Below are positions 53,043-63,313 of a stretch of DNA of 64,000 nt, in pieces. Numbering within the stretch: the stretch's first letter is position 1; each line of letters opens with the position of its first letter. The translations under genes were made by a program, and so were the position numbers. The notes below the pieces were generated by a model that saw only the letters and a list, made by a program, of their open reading frames with translations, had not been told where the DNA came from and did not search any database. The stretch is from an uncultured Actinomycetes bacterium (GTDB taxonomy: Bacteria > Actinomycetota > Acidimicrobiia > Spongiisociales > DATADW01). The stretch lies in the NCBI GenBank assembly GCA_963733905.1, contig CAVTEU010000007.1, positions 356,556 through 420,555 of the forward strand, given 5' to 3'.

Positions 53043-53968
53043 TCACGACCCGCCCTCGACCAGCGCGACGAGGCGATCCCTGAGCGCAGGTGGGGAGACG
53101 ATCTCGGCCGAAGCGCCGAAGGTGATCAGCCAGCCGACCAGGGAGTCCCGGTTGGCGACCTCGAGGGTCGCCTCCAGCGAACCGTCGTCGAGCCGGCGCA
53201 CCACTCCACCGGGAAGTTGGCGTTCCGCCCACCAGGCGACGTCGGGGTCGAAGCGGACGACTGCGGTCTCGGGATCATCGGTCCCCGCCTCCCAGGGCAA
53301 CTCGGGGAGGGCGGACTTTGCGTCGAAATCCGGCTTGGGCCGCTTCGAAGGCGTGCTCCTTGTCACCCGCCCTGTACCCACTCCCGCGGTCTACCCGGTA
53401 GGCGCGTTCCTGGCCCCTCTCCACCGCCATCAGATACCAGTGCCCGCGCCGATGGATCAAGCGCGAGAGGCTGGACCGACCGGGAACGGCCGCGGTACTC
53501 GAACTCCAGGATGCGGCGGTCGGCAATGGCGCGGAACGCCACCGCCAGGTCGTCCACGCCCACCCCGAGATCGGCAGCCAGCGGCTCGCCGGCTCCGGTC
53601 ACCGGGGCCCCGCCCAGCTTGAGCAGCGCCTCGGGGCCGGCGGCCCGTCCACCCAGCCTCACCACCTGAGCCGCCAGCCACAGCGCCGCCCGCTCTTCGT
53701 CGGTGAATCCAGGGTCCTCCAACTCGTATTCCTCTGCGGGTACCACGTAGCCGTGCTCGACTTCCCAGGCATCGGTGGGTCGCAACTCGAGGGGCACGCC
53801 CATCGCGCGGAGCAGTTCCTTGTCCCGCTCGAACATCCGGCGGAAGGCCTCGTCGGCATCGCGGTCGTACCCGGCCACGGTGCGACGAATCTCGTCCATC
53901 GTCACCGGCCTGCCCACCGTGAGCAGAAAGGCCAACAGGTTCAGAAGCCGCTCGACGACTTTGTTCAT
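53043..53968 (-). CDS. pafB: WYL-domain regulator PafB, indels
   Basis: ERLLNLL..AFRRMFERDKELLRAMG; GHWYL..YRVDR; WLITFG..PPALR. Confidence 0.9.
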
Positions 53969-53977
53969 GGCGTAGGT

Positions 53978-54005
53978 ACCTACAACCTAGAACCAACCAC
54001 CTACC
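53978..54005. repeat. Degenerate heptamer array ACCTACM x4
   Basis: acctaca acctaga accaacc acctacc between pafA and pafB. Confidence 0.7.
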
Positions 54006-54010
54006 ACGAG

Positions 54011-54031
54011 CCTCTGAGCTCCGCTCAGAGG
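54011..54031 (-). terminator. Hairpin overlapping the pafA stop codon
   Basis: CCTCTGAGC-TCC-GCTCAGAGG perfect 9-bp stem. Confidence 0.4.
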
Positions 54032-55380
54032 CTCCTGATCAGCTTCTCGACCCGCTCGTCCACCGCCTTGAAAGGGTCCTTGCAGAGCACGGTGCGCTGC
54101 GCCTGGTCGTTGAGTTTGAGGTGGACCCAGTCGACGGTGAAGTCCCGCTTCTGTGCCTTGGCCGCCTTGATGAACTCGCCGCGCAACCGCGCCCTGGTCG
54201 TCTGTGGAGGGGAGCTCACCGCCCGGTCGATGGCGTGCTCGGTCACCACCAGGTCCACCAGGCCGCGCTTGGCGAGGAGGTGGTAGACGCCGCGGTCGCG
54301 CATCACGTCGTGATACGAGAGGTCGAGCATCGCCAGCTTGGGGTGCGACACCGGGACCGCCCACTTCGCCTGGTACCGCTCGACGAGGTGGTGCTTGATC
54401 ACCCAGTCCACCTCGCGGTCGAGGCTGAGCGGGTCCTTCTCCAAACCGGTGAGCAGGTGCTCCCACATCTCCACCGCCCGCTGCACACCGGCAGGGAACC
54501 CCGGCGAGCGGCTGTAGCGGAGCGCCCGGTCGAGGTACTCCCACTGGATGTCGAGCGCCGAAAGATCCCGCCCGTTGGCCAGCCGCACCTTGCGCCGGCA
54601 GGTCGGGTCGTGGCTGATCTCGCGGATCCCCCTGATCGGGTTCTCCAGGGTGAGGTCGCGGAAGACGACACCGTCCTCGAGCATCTGGAGGAGCGCCGCA
54701 ACCGTCCCCACCTTGACGTAGGTGGCGTACTCGGACATGTTCGAGTCGCCGGCGATGACATGCAGCCGGCGGTAGCGCTCGGCGTCGGCGTGCGGCTCGT
54801 CGCGGGTGTTGATGATCGGGCGGCTTCTAGTGGTGGCCGACGACACCCCCTCCCAGATGTGCTCCGCCCGCTGCGACAGCGAGAACATCGTCCCCCGCGC
54901 CGTCTGCAGCAGCTTTCCCGCTCCCGAGAAGATCTGACGGCTCACCAGGAACGGGATCAGCGTGTCCACCATCCGCTGGAAGTCGGAGTGCCGGCTCACC
55001 AGGTAGTTCTCGTGGCACCCGTACGAGTTCCCGGCGGAGTCGGTGTTGTTCTTGAAGAGGTAGATCTGACCGCGGATCCCCTCCTCCTCGAGCCGCTGCT
55101 CGGCCGACCGGACCAGACCCTCGAGGATCCGCTCCCCCGCCTTGTCGTGGGCCACCAGGTCGTGGAGGCTGTCGCACTCCGGGGTGGCGTACTCCGGGTG
55201 GCTCCCCACGTCGAGATAGAGACGAGCCCCGTTCTCCAGGAACACATTCGAGGACCGGCCCCAACTGACCACCCGGCGGAACAGGTACCGAGCAACCTCG
55301 TCGGGGCTGAGCCGGCGCTGGCCCCGCAGCGTGCAGGTGACGCCGTACTCGTTCTCTATCCCGAAAATGCGCCGTTCCAC
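54025..55380 (-). CDS. pafA: Pup-protein ligase
   Basis: [60 protein letters not shown]. Confidence 0.97.
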   Translation of the reverse strand: MERRIFGIENEYGVTCTLRGQRRLSPDEVARYLFRRVVSWGRSSNVFLENGARLYLDVGSHPEYATPECDSLHDLVAHDKAGERILEGLVRSAEQRLEEEGIRGQIYLFKNNTDSAGNSYGCHENYLVSRHSDFQRMVDTLIPFLVSRQIFSGAGKLLQTARGTMFSLSQRAEHIWEGVSSATTRSRPIINTRDEPHADAERYRRLHVIAGDSNMSEYATYVKVGTVAALLQMLEDGVVFRDLTLENPIRGIREISHDPTCRRKVRLANGRDLSALDIQWEYLDRALRYSRSPGFPAGVQRAVEMWEHLLTGLEKDPLSLDREVDWVIKHHLVERYQAKWAVPVSHPKLAMLDLSYHDVMRDRGVYHLLAKRGLVDLVVTEHAIDRAVSSPPQTTRARLRGEFIKAAKAQKRDFTVDWVHLKLNDQAQRTVLCKDPFKAVDERVEKLIRSL

Positions 55381-55479
55381 TGGCGGCGACGGTAACAGTC
55401 GGTGCGGTCAACGAGGGAGAACAGAAGCTCCCACCATCGACGGAGCCGGCGCCGACTATCCGGCTCGGAACGCCGCCGA

Positions 55480-56157
55480 CTACTTCGGTTGCACTGCGGC
55501 GAGGTCCTCGAGGGAGAGCCGGCGGAACAGCCGGCGGGATCGACTTCGGTCGAGCACGGCTGCCTCCCAGCCGTCGATCTCCCGTTCCTCGGCGGTGCGG
55601 AATGCGTCTGCCACCTTGCGGAGGGTGTCGTCGAGCGAGGCGCCCTCCTCGTGTCCGGCCTGGAGCGTCTCGGTGAGTAGCTCGGCCTTGCCCCCCACCG
55701 CCGACACCCCGCGCTCGTCGTAGAGGGTCCCGTCGTAGGTCACCTTGAACAGCCGGTTGTCGTCGCCGTTCACCCCGACCTCGGCCACCAGGACCTCGAC
55801 CTCCCACGGCTTCATCTCGTGGGTGAAGATCCGCCCCAGCGTCTCGGCGAAGGCGTTGGCCAGGGCGATCCCGGTCACGTCCTGGCGGCTGTACATGTAC
55901 CCGGTGACGTCGGCGAACCGGATGCCGCCCTGGCGCAGGTTCTCGAACTCGTTGTACCGCCCCGCCCCGGCGAAGGCGAGCCGGTCGTAGATCTCGCTGA
56001 TCTTGTGGAGGGTCCTGCTCGGGTTCTCCGCCATCAGCAGGACACCATCGGCGTACTCGATGGCGACGATGGAACGGCCTCGGGCGATCCCCTTGCGGGC
56101 GTACTCCGCCTTGTCCTTTATGAGCTGCTCGGGCGGGACGTAGAAGGGGATGGTCAC
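55480..56157 (-). CDS. prcA: Proteasome subunit alpha
   Basis: PFYVPPEQLIKDKAEYARKGIARGRS, KISEIYDR, KPWEVE. Confidence 0.95.
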   Translation of the reverse strand: MTIPFYVPPEQLIKDKAEYARKGIARGRSIVAIEYADGVLLMAENPSRTLHKISEIYDRLAFAGAGRYNEFENLRQGGIRFADVTGYMYSRQDVTGIALANAFAETLGRIFTHEMKPWEVEVLVAEVGVNGDDNRLFKVTYDGTLYDERGVSAVGGKAELLTETLQAGHEEGASLDDTLRKVADAFRTAEEREIDGWEAAVLDRSRSRRLFRRLSLEDLAAVQPK

Positions 56158-56161
56158 GGCA

Positions 56162-56960
56162 TCACCGGACGGTCGCCAGCGCACGCTCCGCCACGGCGCG
56201 CACCCGTTCCGGGTCCACGTCGTGGTAGCCGGCGGAGGTCACGACGACCACGTTGGGGAGGATCCCACGGTGCAGGTCGGGACCGCCTGTGGCGGTGTCC
56301 TCCTGGGCTGCCGCCACCAGCGCCCCCATCCCGATATCGAGCGCTTCGTCCTCGGATAGGTCGGGCCGGTAGAAACCTCGGAGGAACGCCTTGGCCTCCT
56401 TGCCCCCCGACCCGGTTGCCCCGAAATCCTGCTCCTCGTAGCGGCCACCAACCACGTCGTAGGTGAAGACCCGTCCCGTCTCCTGTTCCTCGTCGTAGCC
56501 GGCGAACAGCGGGACCACCACCAGACCCTGGAAGGCCATGGGCAACTGGTTGCGGACCATCCGCGCCAGATAGGTCGCCTTGCCCTCCAGGCTGAGCCGG
56601 TGCGAGCGGATCTTCTCGTAGTGCTCCAACTCGGTCTGGAAGAGCCGAACCATCTCGACGGCTATCCCGGCGACTCCGGCGATGGCCACCGCTGAGAACT
56701 CGTCGGCTTGGAACACCTTTTGGATGCGGCGGTGCGCCACCAGGTTGCCCTCGGTCGCCTGACGGTCGCCGACCAGCGCCACCCCACCGGGGTAGCGGAT
56801 GGCGAGCACCGTCGTCGCCTCGGCTACCGGGAGCCGGGCGGGATCGACTTGTCCGGACCAGGGCGGGTCGAGCCCAAGTCGGACCCAACAGACCGGAGAA
56901 GCTGGACCCGGGAACCGGTGCGATGAGCGGCAGAGGTTCGGCCGACGGGTCTCCCGTCAC
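56162..56960 (-). CDS. prcB: Proteasome subunit beta, indel in the propeptide near 56885
   Basis: TTVLA..GDRQATEGN..QKV, ELEHYEK, LSLEGKA, GSGG, DTATGGPD. Confidence 0.95.
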
Positions 56961-57151
56961 TCGCCGCCCTTCTGGACGTAGTTCTTGACGAACTCCTCGG
57001 CGTTCTCCTCGAGGACGGCGTCGATTTCCTCGAGCAACTCGTCGATCTTCTCGGCGGTATCCCGGCCGCTGCGCCCGGCGGCAGCCTCGTCGGCCTCTTC
57101 GGCTTCCTCGGTTTGCCGCTGTGGTGCCTGCTTGCGCTCCTGCTCGGCCAT
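56957..57151 (-). CDS. pup: Prokaryotic ubiquitin-like protein Pup
   Basis: IDELLEEIDAVLEENAEEFVKNYVQKGGE. Confidence 0.97.
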   Translation of the reverse strand: MAEQERKQAPQRQTEEAEEADEAAAGRSGRDTAEKIDELLEEIDAVLEENAEEFVKNYVQKGGE

Positions 57152-57199
57152 CGAAACCTTCCTCGTCCTCGATCCGGGTCCTCGATCCGGTCTGGCGGC

Positions 57200-58675
57200 T
57201 CAGCCGCCGAGCGCCTCCAACAGCGCTGCGGCGTCCTCGGCCCGGTCCAGGATCGCTTCGACCTTGTCCTTGCCCCCCCGCAGGGGTTCCATCATAGGCA
57301 CCCTCTTGAGGGTCTCCCCTCCGGTGTCGAACACCATGGAGTCCCAGTTTGCGGCGACCAAAGCGCCGCTGAACTGGGCCACACAACGGCCCCGGAAGTA
57401 GGCCCGGGTGCTTTCCGGAGGCTCGGTGCAAGCCCTGGCCACCTCGTCGTCGGTGAAAAGCCGGCGCATGGCCCCGCTGCGGACCATCCGGCGGTGCAGC
57501 CCCAATTCCGGATCGACGTCGTGGTACTGCAGGTCGAGCGCCCCCATCTTCGGGTGCGTCCACTCGATGCCGTCGCGGTCGGCGTACCCGTTGAGCAGGC
57601 GCCATTTGGCCACCCAGTCCAACCGGTCGGCGCAGCGCATCGGGTCAGCCTCCAGATCGGTGAGCACTTCCTCCCAGGCAGCGACCACGTCTCCCCAGAC
57701 GGCCTCGGGAAGCTCCGATTGGGCGTACTTGGCCAGCCATTCCAGGTATTGGCCCTGGAGCTCGAGTGCGGTGGCGGTCCCGCCGCTCTCCAACTCGATG
57801 GGTCTGCCCAGATCGACGTCGTGGCTCACCTGCCAGCAGGCGGTCACCGGGTCCGCCAGTGTGAGCGGGTCGGGAATGGCGCCGTCCTCCAGAGCCGAGA
57901 GGAGCAACGAGGTCAGCCCCATCTTGAGGAAGATCTGCGGCTCCGAGAGGTTGGCGTCGCCGATGATGACGTGGAGCCGCCGGTACTTGGTCACGTCACC
58001 GTGTGGCTCGTCTCTCGTGTTGATGATGGGCCGCTTCAGCGTGGTCTCCAGCCCGACCTCCTCCTCGAAGAAATCGGCCCGCTGGGTGACTTGGAACGGG
58101 ACTGCGGGGCGGCCGTTCTCCGAGCCGACCTTGCCGGCGCCGGTTATCGGCTGGCGGGTGACAAGGAAGGTGGTGAGGTACTTGACCACCTCTCCGAAGG
58201 GGAGCGATCGAGCCAGCAGGTAGTTCTCATGGGCGCCGTATGAGTTGCCCTTGCGGTCGCTGTTGTTCTTGTAGAGCGAGAGTCGCTCGCCCTCCTTGAG
58301 CATCTGGCGGGCGTGCTCTGCGGCGCGGGCCATCACCACCTCGCCCGCCTTGTCGTAGAGCGCCGCCTCGAGCGGGTCGTAGCACTCCGGGCTGGAGTAC
58401 TCGGGGTGGGCGTGGTCGACGTAGAGCCGAGCGCCGTTGGTGAGGACGGCGTTCACCAGACCGGAGTCGACCTCGGGGAGGCCCTGCCCGTCGAACCCGA
58501 AGCCGCGGGCATCGCGGCCGGGAGACTCCTCCTCGAACGACCACTGCACCCGGGCCCGCTCCCCCGGGTACGAGTTGACCACGAGGCTCGATGCCAGCGC
58601 CGGGTTGAAGTCGGGTTGGTTGCGGATGACGATCCCGTACTCGGTCTCGGTCCCGAGCACCTTGTGGATGGCCAT
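57200..58675 (-). CDS. dop: Depupylase/deamidase Dop
   Basis: GTETEYGI, NGARLYVDHAHPEYSSPE, SYGAHENYL, EEEVGLETTLKRP, AANWDS. Confidence 0.96.
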   Translation of the reverse strand: MAIHKVLGTETEYGIVIRNQPDFNPALASSLVVNSYPGERARVQWSFEEESPGRDARGFGFDGQGLPEVDSGLVNAVLTNGARLYVDHAHPEYSSPECYDPLEAALYDKAGEVVMARAAEHARQMLKEGERLSLYKNNSDRKGNSYGAHENYLLARSLPFGEVVKYLTTFLVTRQPITGAGKVGSENGRPAVPFQVTQRADFFEEEVGLETTLKRPIINTRDEPHGDVTKYRRLHVIIGDANLSEPQIFLKMGLTSLLLSALEDGAIPDPLTLADPVTACWQVSHDVDLGRPIELESGGTATALELQGQYLEWLAKYAQSELPEAVWGDVVAAWEEVLTDLEADPMRCADRLDWVAKWRLLNGYADRDGIEWTHPKMGALDLQYHDVDPELGLHRRMVRSGAMRRLFTDDEVARACTEPPESTRAYFRGRCVAQFSGALVAANWDSMVFDTGGETLKRVPMMEPLRGGKDKVEAILDRAEDAAALLEALGG

Positions 58676-58740
58676 GATCAGGCCGGAGTCGGAGGTCGGA
58701 ATTCCGAAGCCGAACCGGCTGGCCGGCCCTTCCCTCGAAT

Positions 58741-58768
58741 CTTCCGTCTTCCGTCTTCCGTCTTCCGT
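58741..58768. repeat. Perfect heptamer array CTTCCGT x4 (degenerate partner array at 58684-58716)
   Basis: Exact reverse complement of the AAGACGG array at 7025; abuts the arc stop codon. Confidence 0.92.
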
Positions 58769-58771
58769 CTC

Positions 58772-60500
58772 TCACAGGTACTGCCCGGTGGTGACCGCTT
58801 CGATGGCGCGGGCCTCGTCATCGCCCTCGATCAGCGTCCGCACGTAGACGATGCGCTCGCCCTTCTTCCCCGAGATCTTCGCCCAGTCGTCCGGGTTGGT
58901 CGTGTTGGGCAGGTCCTCGTGCTCGCGGAACTCCTGCTTGATGGCGTCGAGGAGGTCGTTCAGCCGGACACCGCCCGTTCCCGTCTCGATGTGACGCTTG
59001 ATGGCGTCCTTCTTGGCCCGGCGCACGATGTTCTCGATCATGGCGCCGCTGGAGAAGTCCTTGAAGAAGAGGACCTCGCGGTCCCCGTTGGCGTATGTCA
59101 CCTCGAGGAAGCGGTTGACCTCGTCGGTGGCGTACATCGCATCGACGGTTCGTGTCACCAACTCGTCGACCAGCGGGGCGCGGTCGCCATCGTGACGCTC
59201 CAGCTCTGAGGCCTCGAGCGGGAACTCGTCCTGGAGGTAGATGCGGAATATCTGGCGTGCCGCCTTGTCGTCGGGCCGGGAGATCTTGATCTTCACGTCG
59301 AGCCGGCCGGGCCGGAGGATCGCCGGGTCGATCAGGTCCTCGCGGTTCGAGGCCCCGATCACGATGACGTTCTTCAGCTTCTCCACACCGTCGAGCTCGG
59401 AGAGGAGCTGCGGCACGATGGTGGACTCGACATCCGACGATATCCCACTCCCCCTGGTGCGGAAGAGCGAGTCCATCTCGTCGAAGAAGACGATGACGGG
59501 GACGCCTTCCTCCGATTTCTCCTTGGCCCGCTGGAAGATCAGCCGGATCTGGCGCTCGGTCTCACCCACATACTTGTTGAGTAGCTCGGGCCCCTTGATG
59601 TTGAGGAAATAGGAGCGGGCGTCGCTGTTGCCGGTCCGCTCCGCCACGGCCAGGGCGAGGCTGTTGGCCACCGCCTTTGCGATCAGTGTCTTGCCACACC
59701 CGGGGGGGCCGTAGAGAAGGACGCCCTTGGGCGCCGCCAACCCGTACTTCTCGAAGAGGTCCTTGTGGACGTACGGGAGCTCAACCGCATCGCGGATCTC
59801 CTCGATCTGGTGGTCGAGACCACCGACGTCTTCGTAGGTGACATCGGGGATCTCCTCGAGCACGAGTTCCTCGACCTCGGGCCGGGCGAGCCGCTCGTGG
59901 ACCAGACCGGTCCTCGAGTCGATGCGGACATGGTCTCCCGCCCGGATCGGGACATCGCGCATCGGCTCGGCGAGCTGGACGACCCGCTCCTCATCGGCGT
60001 GGGCCAGCACGAGCAGTCGGCCGTCCTCGAGCTTCTCCTTGACGGCCACGACCTCGCCGGTGGGCTCGAAGGATCGGACGTCAACGACGTTGTACGAATC
60101 ATTGAGAAGGACTTCCTGGCCCCGCGCCAGCATCTTGACCTCGATGTTGGGCTGAGCCGCCACCCGGAGCTTCCTCCCGGCGGAGAGGACATCGAGCGTC
60201 CCGTCCTGGTTGATCTGGAGGATCGTCCCGAAGGTGTTGGGCGGGGTGGTCAGCTTCTCGACCTCGTCGCGCAGCACGGCAAGCTGCTCGCGGGTCTCCT
60301 CGAGGACGGCTGTCAGCTTCTCGTTCTGTGCGGCGACCTGGGCGAGTTGGCCCTTGGTCTCGAGGAGTCGCTCCTCCATCACCCTGACCCGGCGCGGGGC
60401 GTCTTGCAGCCGGCGGCGCAGGACCGAGGTCTCCTCTTCGAGCGCCGCGAATGGTGGCTTTCAGCGCCGCCTCTTCGTGCTCCGGGCCCTGCTGCCCCAT
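58772..60500 (-). CDS. arc: Proteasome ATPase ARC/Mpa, indel near 60450
   Basis: GAGGAG RBS then MGQQGPEH.., coiled coil, [21 protein letters not shown]-terminal GQYL. Confidence 0.96.
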
Positions 60501-60670
60501 ACCGCGAGCTCCTCGTCGTTGCCTACCTCGCCCGCGAAGTATACGGCCGGGGGACCCCAAGCCATGGACCCCCGAGCCCCGGGCGAGTGGCCGCTGCCCA
60601 AGGACCATGCCCACTTCGAAACACCCGACCGGGGCTACGATCAGGGCGTAGTCACGAGGAGAAACAGGCC

Positions 60671-60917
60671 ATGAAGGTGTGGATCGATCAGGATCTCTGC
60701 ACAGGCGACGGTCTGTGCGAGGAGATCGCCCCAGACGTTTTCGTCCTGCTCGACGACGGTTTGGCCTACGTCAGGGATGGCGCCACCGTCTACGCCGACG
60801 CCAAGGGAAACGCCCAGGGCTCCGATGGTATCGCCCAGCGTCCCCGGCGGCCAGGAGGACATCACCATCGAGTCGGCCGAAGAGTGCCCTGGCGAATGCA
60901 TCTTCATCGAGCCGTGA
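60671..60917 (+). CDS. Single-cluster ferredoxin, indel near 60835
   Basis: MKVWIDQDLCTGDGLCEEIAP..AEECPGECIFIE. Confidence 0.88.
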
Positions 60918-60974
60918 TCGAACTGACCGCTACCGCTTGGTGAAGTTCGGGGCCCAGCCCGCCGATAGGGTCGC

Positions 60975-61850
60975 ATGGGCTTACGTGTCGCCGCAGCGCT
61001 GACACTCACCCTTCTCGTTGGTTGCTCCGCAGGACCGGTGACCGCCGACGCCGCCGCGGCTGATCAGGCCGAGCAATTGGACCTCGCCCGGGACGAGATA
61101 GCCGACCTCCAGAAACGCCTCGCCAGGGCGACGGGAGCAGCAGAAGACTCCGCGGCTCGAATCGACGAGTTGGAGAGCGACGTAGAGCAGCTGGGTGGCG
61201 AGCTCGAGGCAGCGGTCACCGCTGCGGAGACGGCGAAGCGGCAGCGCGACGACGCCAACTCCGAGCGCCGCCGTACCCTCCAGGCCCGCGCCAAACTTCG
61301 CAGCCAGTTGGAGGACACCGAGGAGGAACTGGCGGCCCTCCGGCTCCAATACGACGACGAACTCTCCACCGATCGGGCTGAAGTGCTCTCCACCGGCACC
61401 GGGGTCGCCTGCCGGCTGGGCGAGCAGCGCGCCGAGTCGGGCGCTGCCCAGCCCAACCTCGACGACATCAAGCGGGCCGTAGGGCGCGAGCCCGGTCTAT
61501 CGGAGCTCGACCTGAACCTCCTCCTCCCCGCCGAAGGCGATTGGTCGCCGATGGTCTCCGAGGCCCGCCGCTGCTTCTTGGAAGCAGGGGGCGAGGTGAG
61601 CGGCGAAGAGGGGTCGCTCAGCGCCGGAAGCTACGTGGTGGGAGAAGGTGTCCAACCCGGTAACTGGGAGGCCCGCTACCAGTTGGAGGACGACGAGTTC
61701 TGCTCTTTCACCCGGATGGACGAGAACGGTGATGTGATCGCCAGCGAGGTGGTCAGCGGACCCGGATCAGGCACCCTGGAGATCCAAGTGGTCGATGGTG
61801 ACGCCCGGGTGGTGGTGGCGGGCGCCTGCCGCTTCGAACTGGCTGGATAG
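60975..61850 (+). CDS. Putative coiled-coil lipoprotein
   Basis: Lipobox LLVGC, about 120-aa coiled coil, C-terminal GSYVVGEGVQPGNW..C beta domain. Confidence 0.7.
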   Translation: MGLRVAAALTLTLLVGCSAGPVTADAAAADQAEQLDLARDEIADLQKRLARATGAAEDSAARIDELESDVEQLGGELEAAVTAAETAKRQRDDANSERRRTLQARAKLRSQLEDTEEELAALRLQYDDELSTDRAEVLSTGTGVACRLGEQRAESGAAQPNLDDIKRAVGREPGLSELDLNLLLPAEGDWSPMVSEARRCFLEAGGEVSGEEGSLSAGSYVVGEGVQPGNWEARYQLEDDEFCSFTRMDENGDVIASEVVSGPGSGTLEIQVVDGDARVVVAGACRFELAG

Positions 61851-61855
61851 CAGGT

Positions 61856-62665
61856 TCAACCCTCGGTCGTGGCTGACCCAGGAACCTCGGCGAGCCGACG
61901 GGCCACGACCACGAAACCGGTGTGACCGACCATCCGATGATCGGGTCGAACCGATCTGCCTGACACCGACCAGGTCCGGAACAGCGTCTCGAAAGCCATC
62001 GTGTCGATGAAGCCGCCCGTCTGTTCAAGAGCCTCGACCGTCGTCTGCACCTGGGGAACGGTGGGCAGGTAGGCGCAGAACACGCCGCCCGGTGCAAGGC
62101 CCTCGCCAGCCCTGATGGCTGCGTGCCAGGGCTCGGGAAGGTCGAGCACCATCCGATCCGGTCGCACCCGGGCGATCTCACCCTCGACCTCGCCGATCAC
62201 CAATTCGAGTTGGGGGGGTAGCTCGCCGAAAAAATCGGAAATCGAGCGACGAGCGTGGGCGGCGTGGTCGTCGCGTCGCTCCACGCTGACCACCCGACCA
62301 TCGGTCCCGACGGCGCGGAGCAGGGCGCAGGTCAGAGCGCCGGACCCGGTCCCCGCCTCGAGCACAACGTCGCCCGGTCGGATGTCTGCCCAGACCAGGA
62401 TCTGTCCGATGTCCTTGGGGTAGACGACCTGGGCGCCGCGGGGCATCTTGAGGATGTAGTCGGCCAACCGGGGGCGGAGGACGGTGAGCCGTCCACCCCC
62501 GGACGAGGTCACGACGCTCCCCTCGTCGAGTCCGATCACCTCCGAGTGGGGCACGACCCCGCGATGGAAATGAAAGCTCCGTTCGGGATCGAGGCGTATC
62601 AGATAGCGGCGGCCCTTCTGGTCGAGGAGCAACACCGGCTCCCCGGCGCCGAGCGGCTCACTCAT
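61856..62665 (-). CDS. trmI: tRNA (adenine58-N1)-methyltransferase
   Basis: MPRGAQVVYPKD, VLEAGTGSGALT, LDLPEPW, VRPDHRMVGHTGF. Confidence 0.94.
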   Translation of the reverse strand: MSEPLGAGEPVLLLDQKGRRYLIRLDPERSFHFHRGVVPHSEVIGLDEGSVVTSSGGGRLTVLRPRLADYILKMPRGAQVVYPKDIGQILVWADIRPGDVVLEAGTGSGALTCALLRAVGTDGRVVSVERRDDHAAHARRSISDFFGELPPQLELVIGEVEGEIARVRPDRMVLDLPEPWHAAIRAGEGLAPGGVFCAYLPTVPQVQTTVEALEQTGGFIDTMAFETLFRTWSVSGRSVRPDHRMVGHTGFVVVARRLAEVPGSATTEG

Positions 62666-62703
62666 CTGCGATGGAATGCCGGCGCGTGCTGCTCGGTGGC
62701 AGT

Positions 62704-62799
62704 TCATTGGAAGAAGAAGATCGCCGTCGCGACGAGCGAGACAACCAGCCCGATGATCACGATCCAGATGACGACCCGGAAGAACTGTTGGTTTCGCAT
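62704..62799 (-). CDS. Small single-TM protein (31 aa)
   Basis: Hand translation MRNQQFFRVVIWIVIIGLVVSLVATAIFFFQ; TACAGT upstream. Confidence 0.5.
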   Translation of the reverse strand: MRNQQFFRVVIWIVIIGLVVSLVATAIFFFQ

Positions 62800-62843
62800 C
62801 GGGTGCCGGCACTGTATCGCCGGCGCGGTACCCTCATGGCGAG

Positions 62844-63110
62844 ATGCGACGGTTGATCAACCTCTTCATCGTTCGCAACCACGGGATCGAGCGTGGACTG
62901 GGCTGGATCGGCCGTAGTGCCCGCACCGGACGGGGTATTTATTTGGCGCGAGGAGGGGCTGCTCCTCGCCGTCTATTTGCTCACCCGCCCCAAGCCGCAG
63001 AGGCAGATCAGCCAACTCAAGGCAGAGCCAGGCGAGACGCTCCTGGTGAGGGTGCGACAGGTCGATGAGGAGCCGCTCGGGAGTCGAGCAGGCCCGCGCC
63101 CTGCTCGGCG
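62844..63110 (+). CDS. Small hypothetical membrane protein, probable indel
   Basis: MRRLINLF.. joined to GLLLAVYLLTRPKP..KAEPGETLLVRV; boundaries uncertain. Confidence 0.4.
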
Positions 63111-63112
63111 AG

Positions 63113-63313
63113 TCAGACCCTGTAGACCTCGACCACGGCCTGCCGGTGGCGGGTTCTCCTGTTCAGCAGGAAAATGAAGAGCAGTAGGGCGCCTACGCCG
63201 ATTCCTATTTGGATCGCCCTGCCCTTGACCGTCTCGGTTGTCTGGTTCACCGCTCGCTCGATCTGACGGGCCTTGGCCTCGATGTCGTCACGGGTGATTG
63301 TCATTTCGGTCAC
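63113..63313 (-). CDS. Small tail-anchored membrane protein (DUF3618-like)
   Basis: ITRDDIEAKARQI..IGVGALLLFIFLLNRR; GTGA overlap with the upstream gene. Confidence 0.65.
   Translation of the reverse strand: MTEMTITRDDIEAKARQIERAVNQTTETVKGRAIQIGIGVGALLLFIFLLNRRTRHRQAVVEVYRV

Noticed and set aside
60671-60917. Ferredoxin between trmI and arc as a novel linkage
   Set aside because: I recall the same placement in other actinobacteria; the CxxDxxC motif is a known variant
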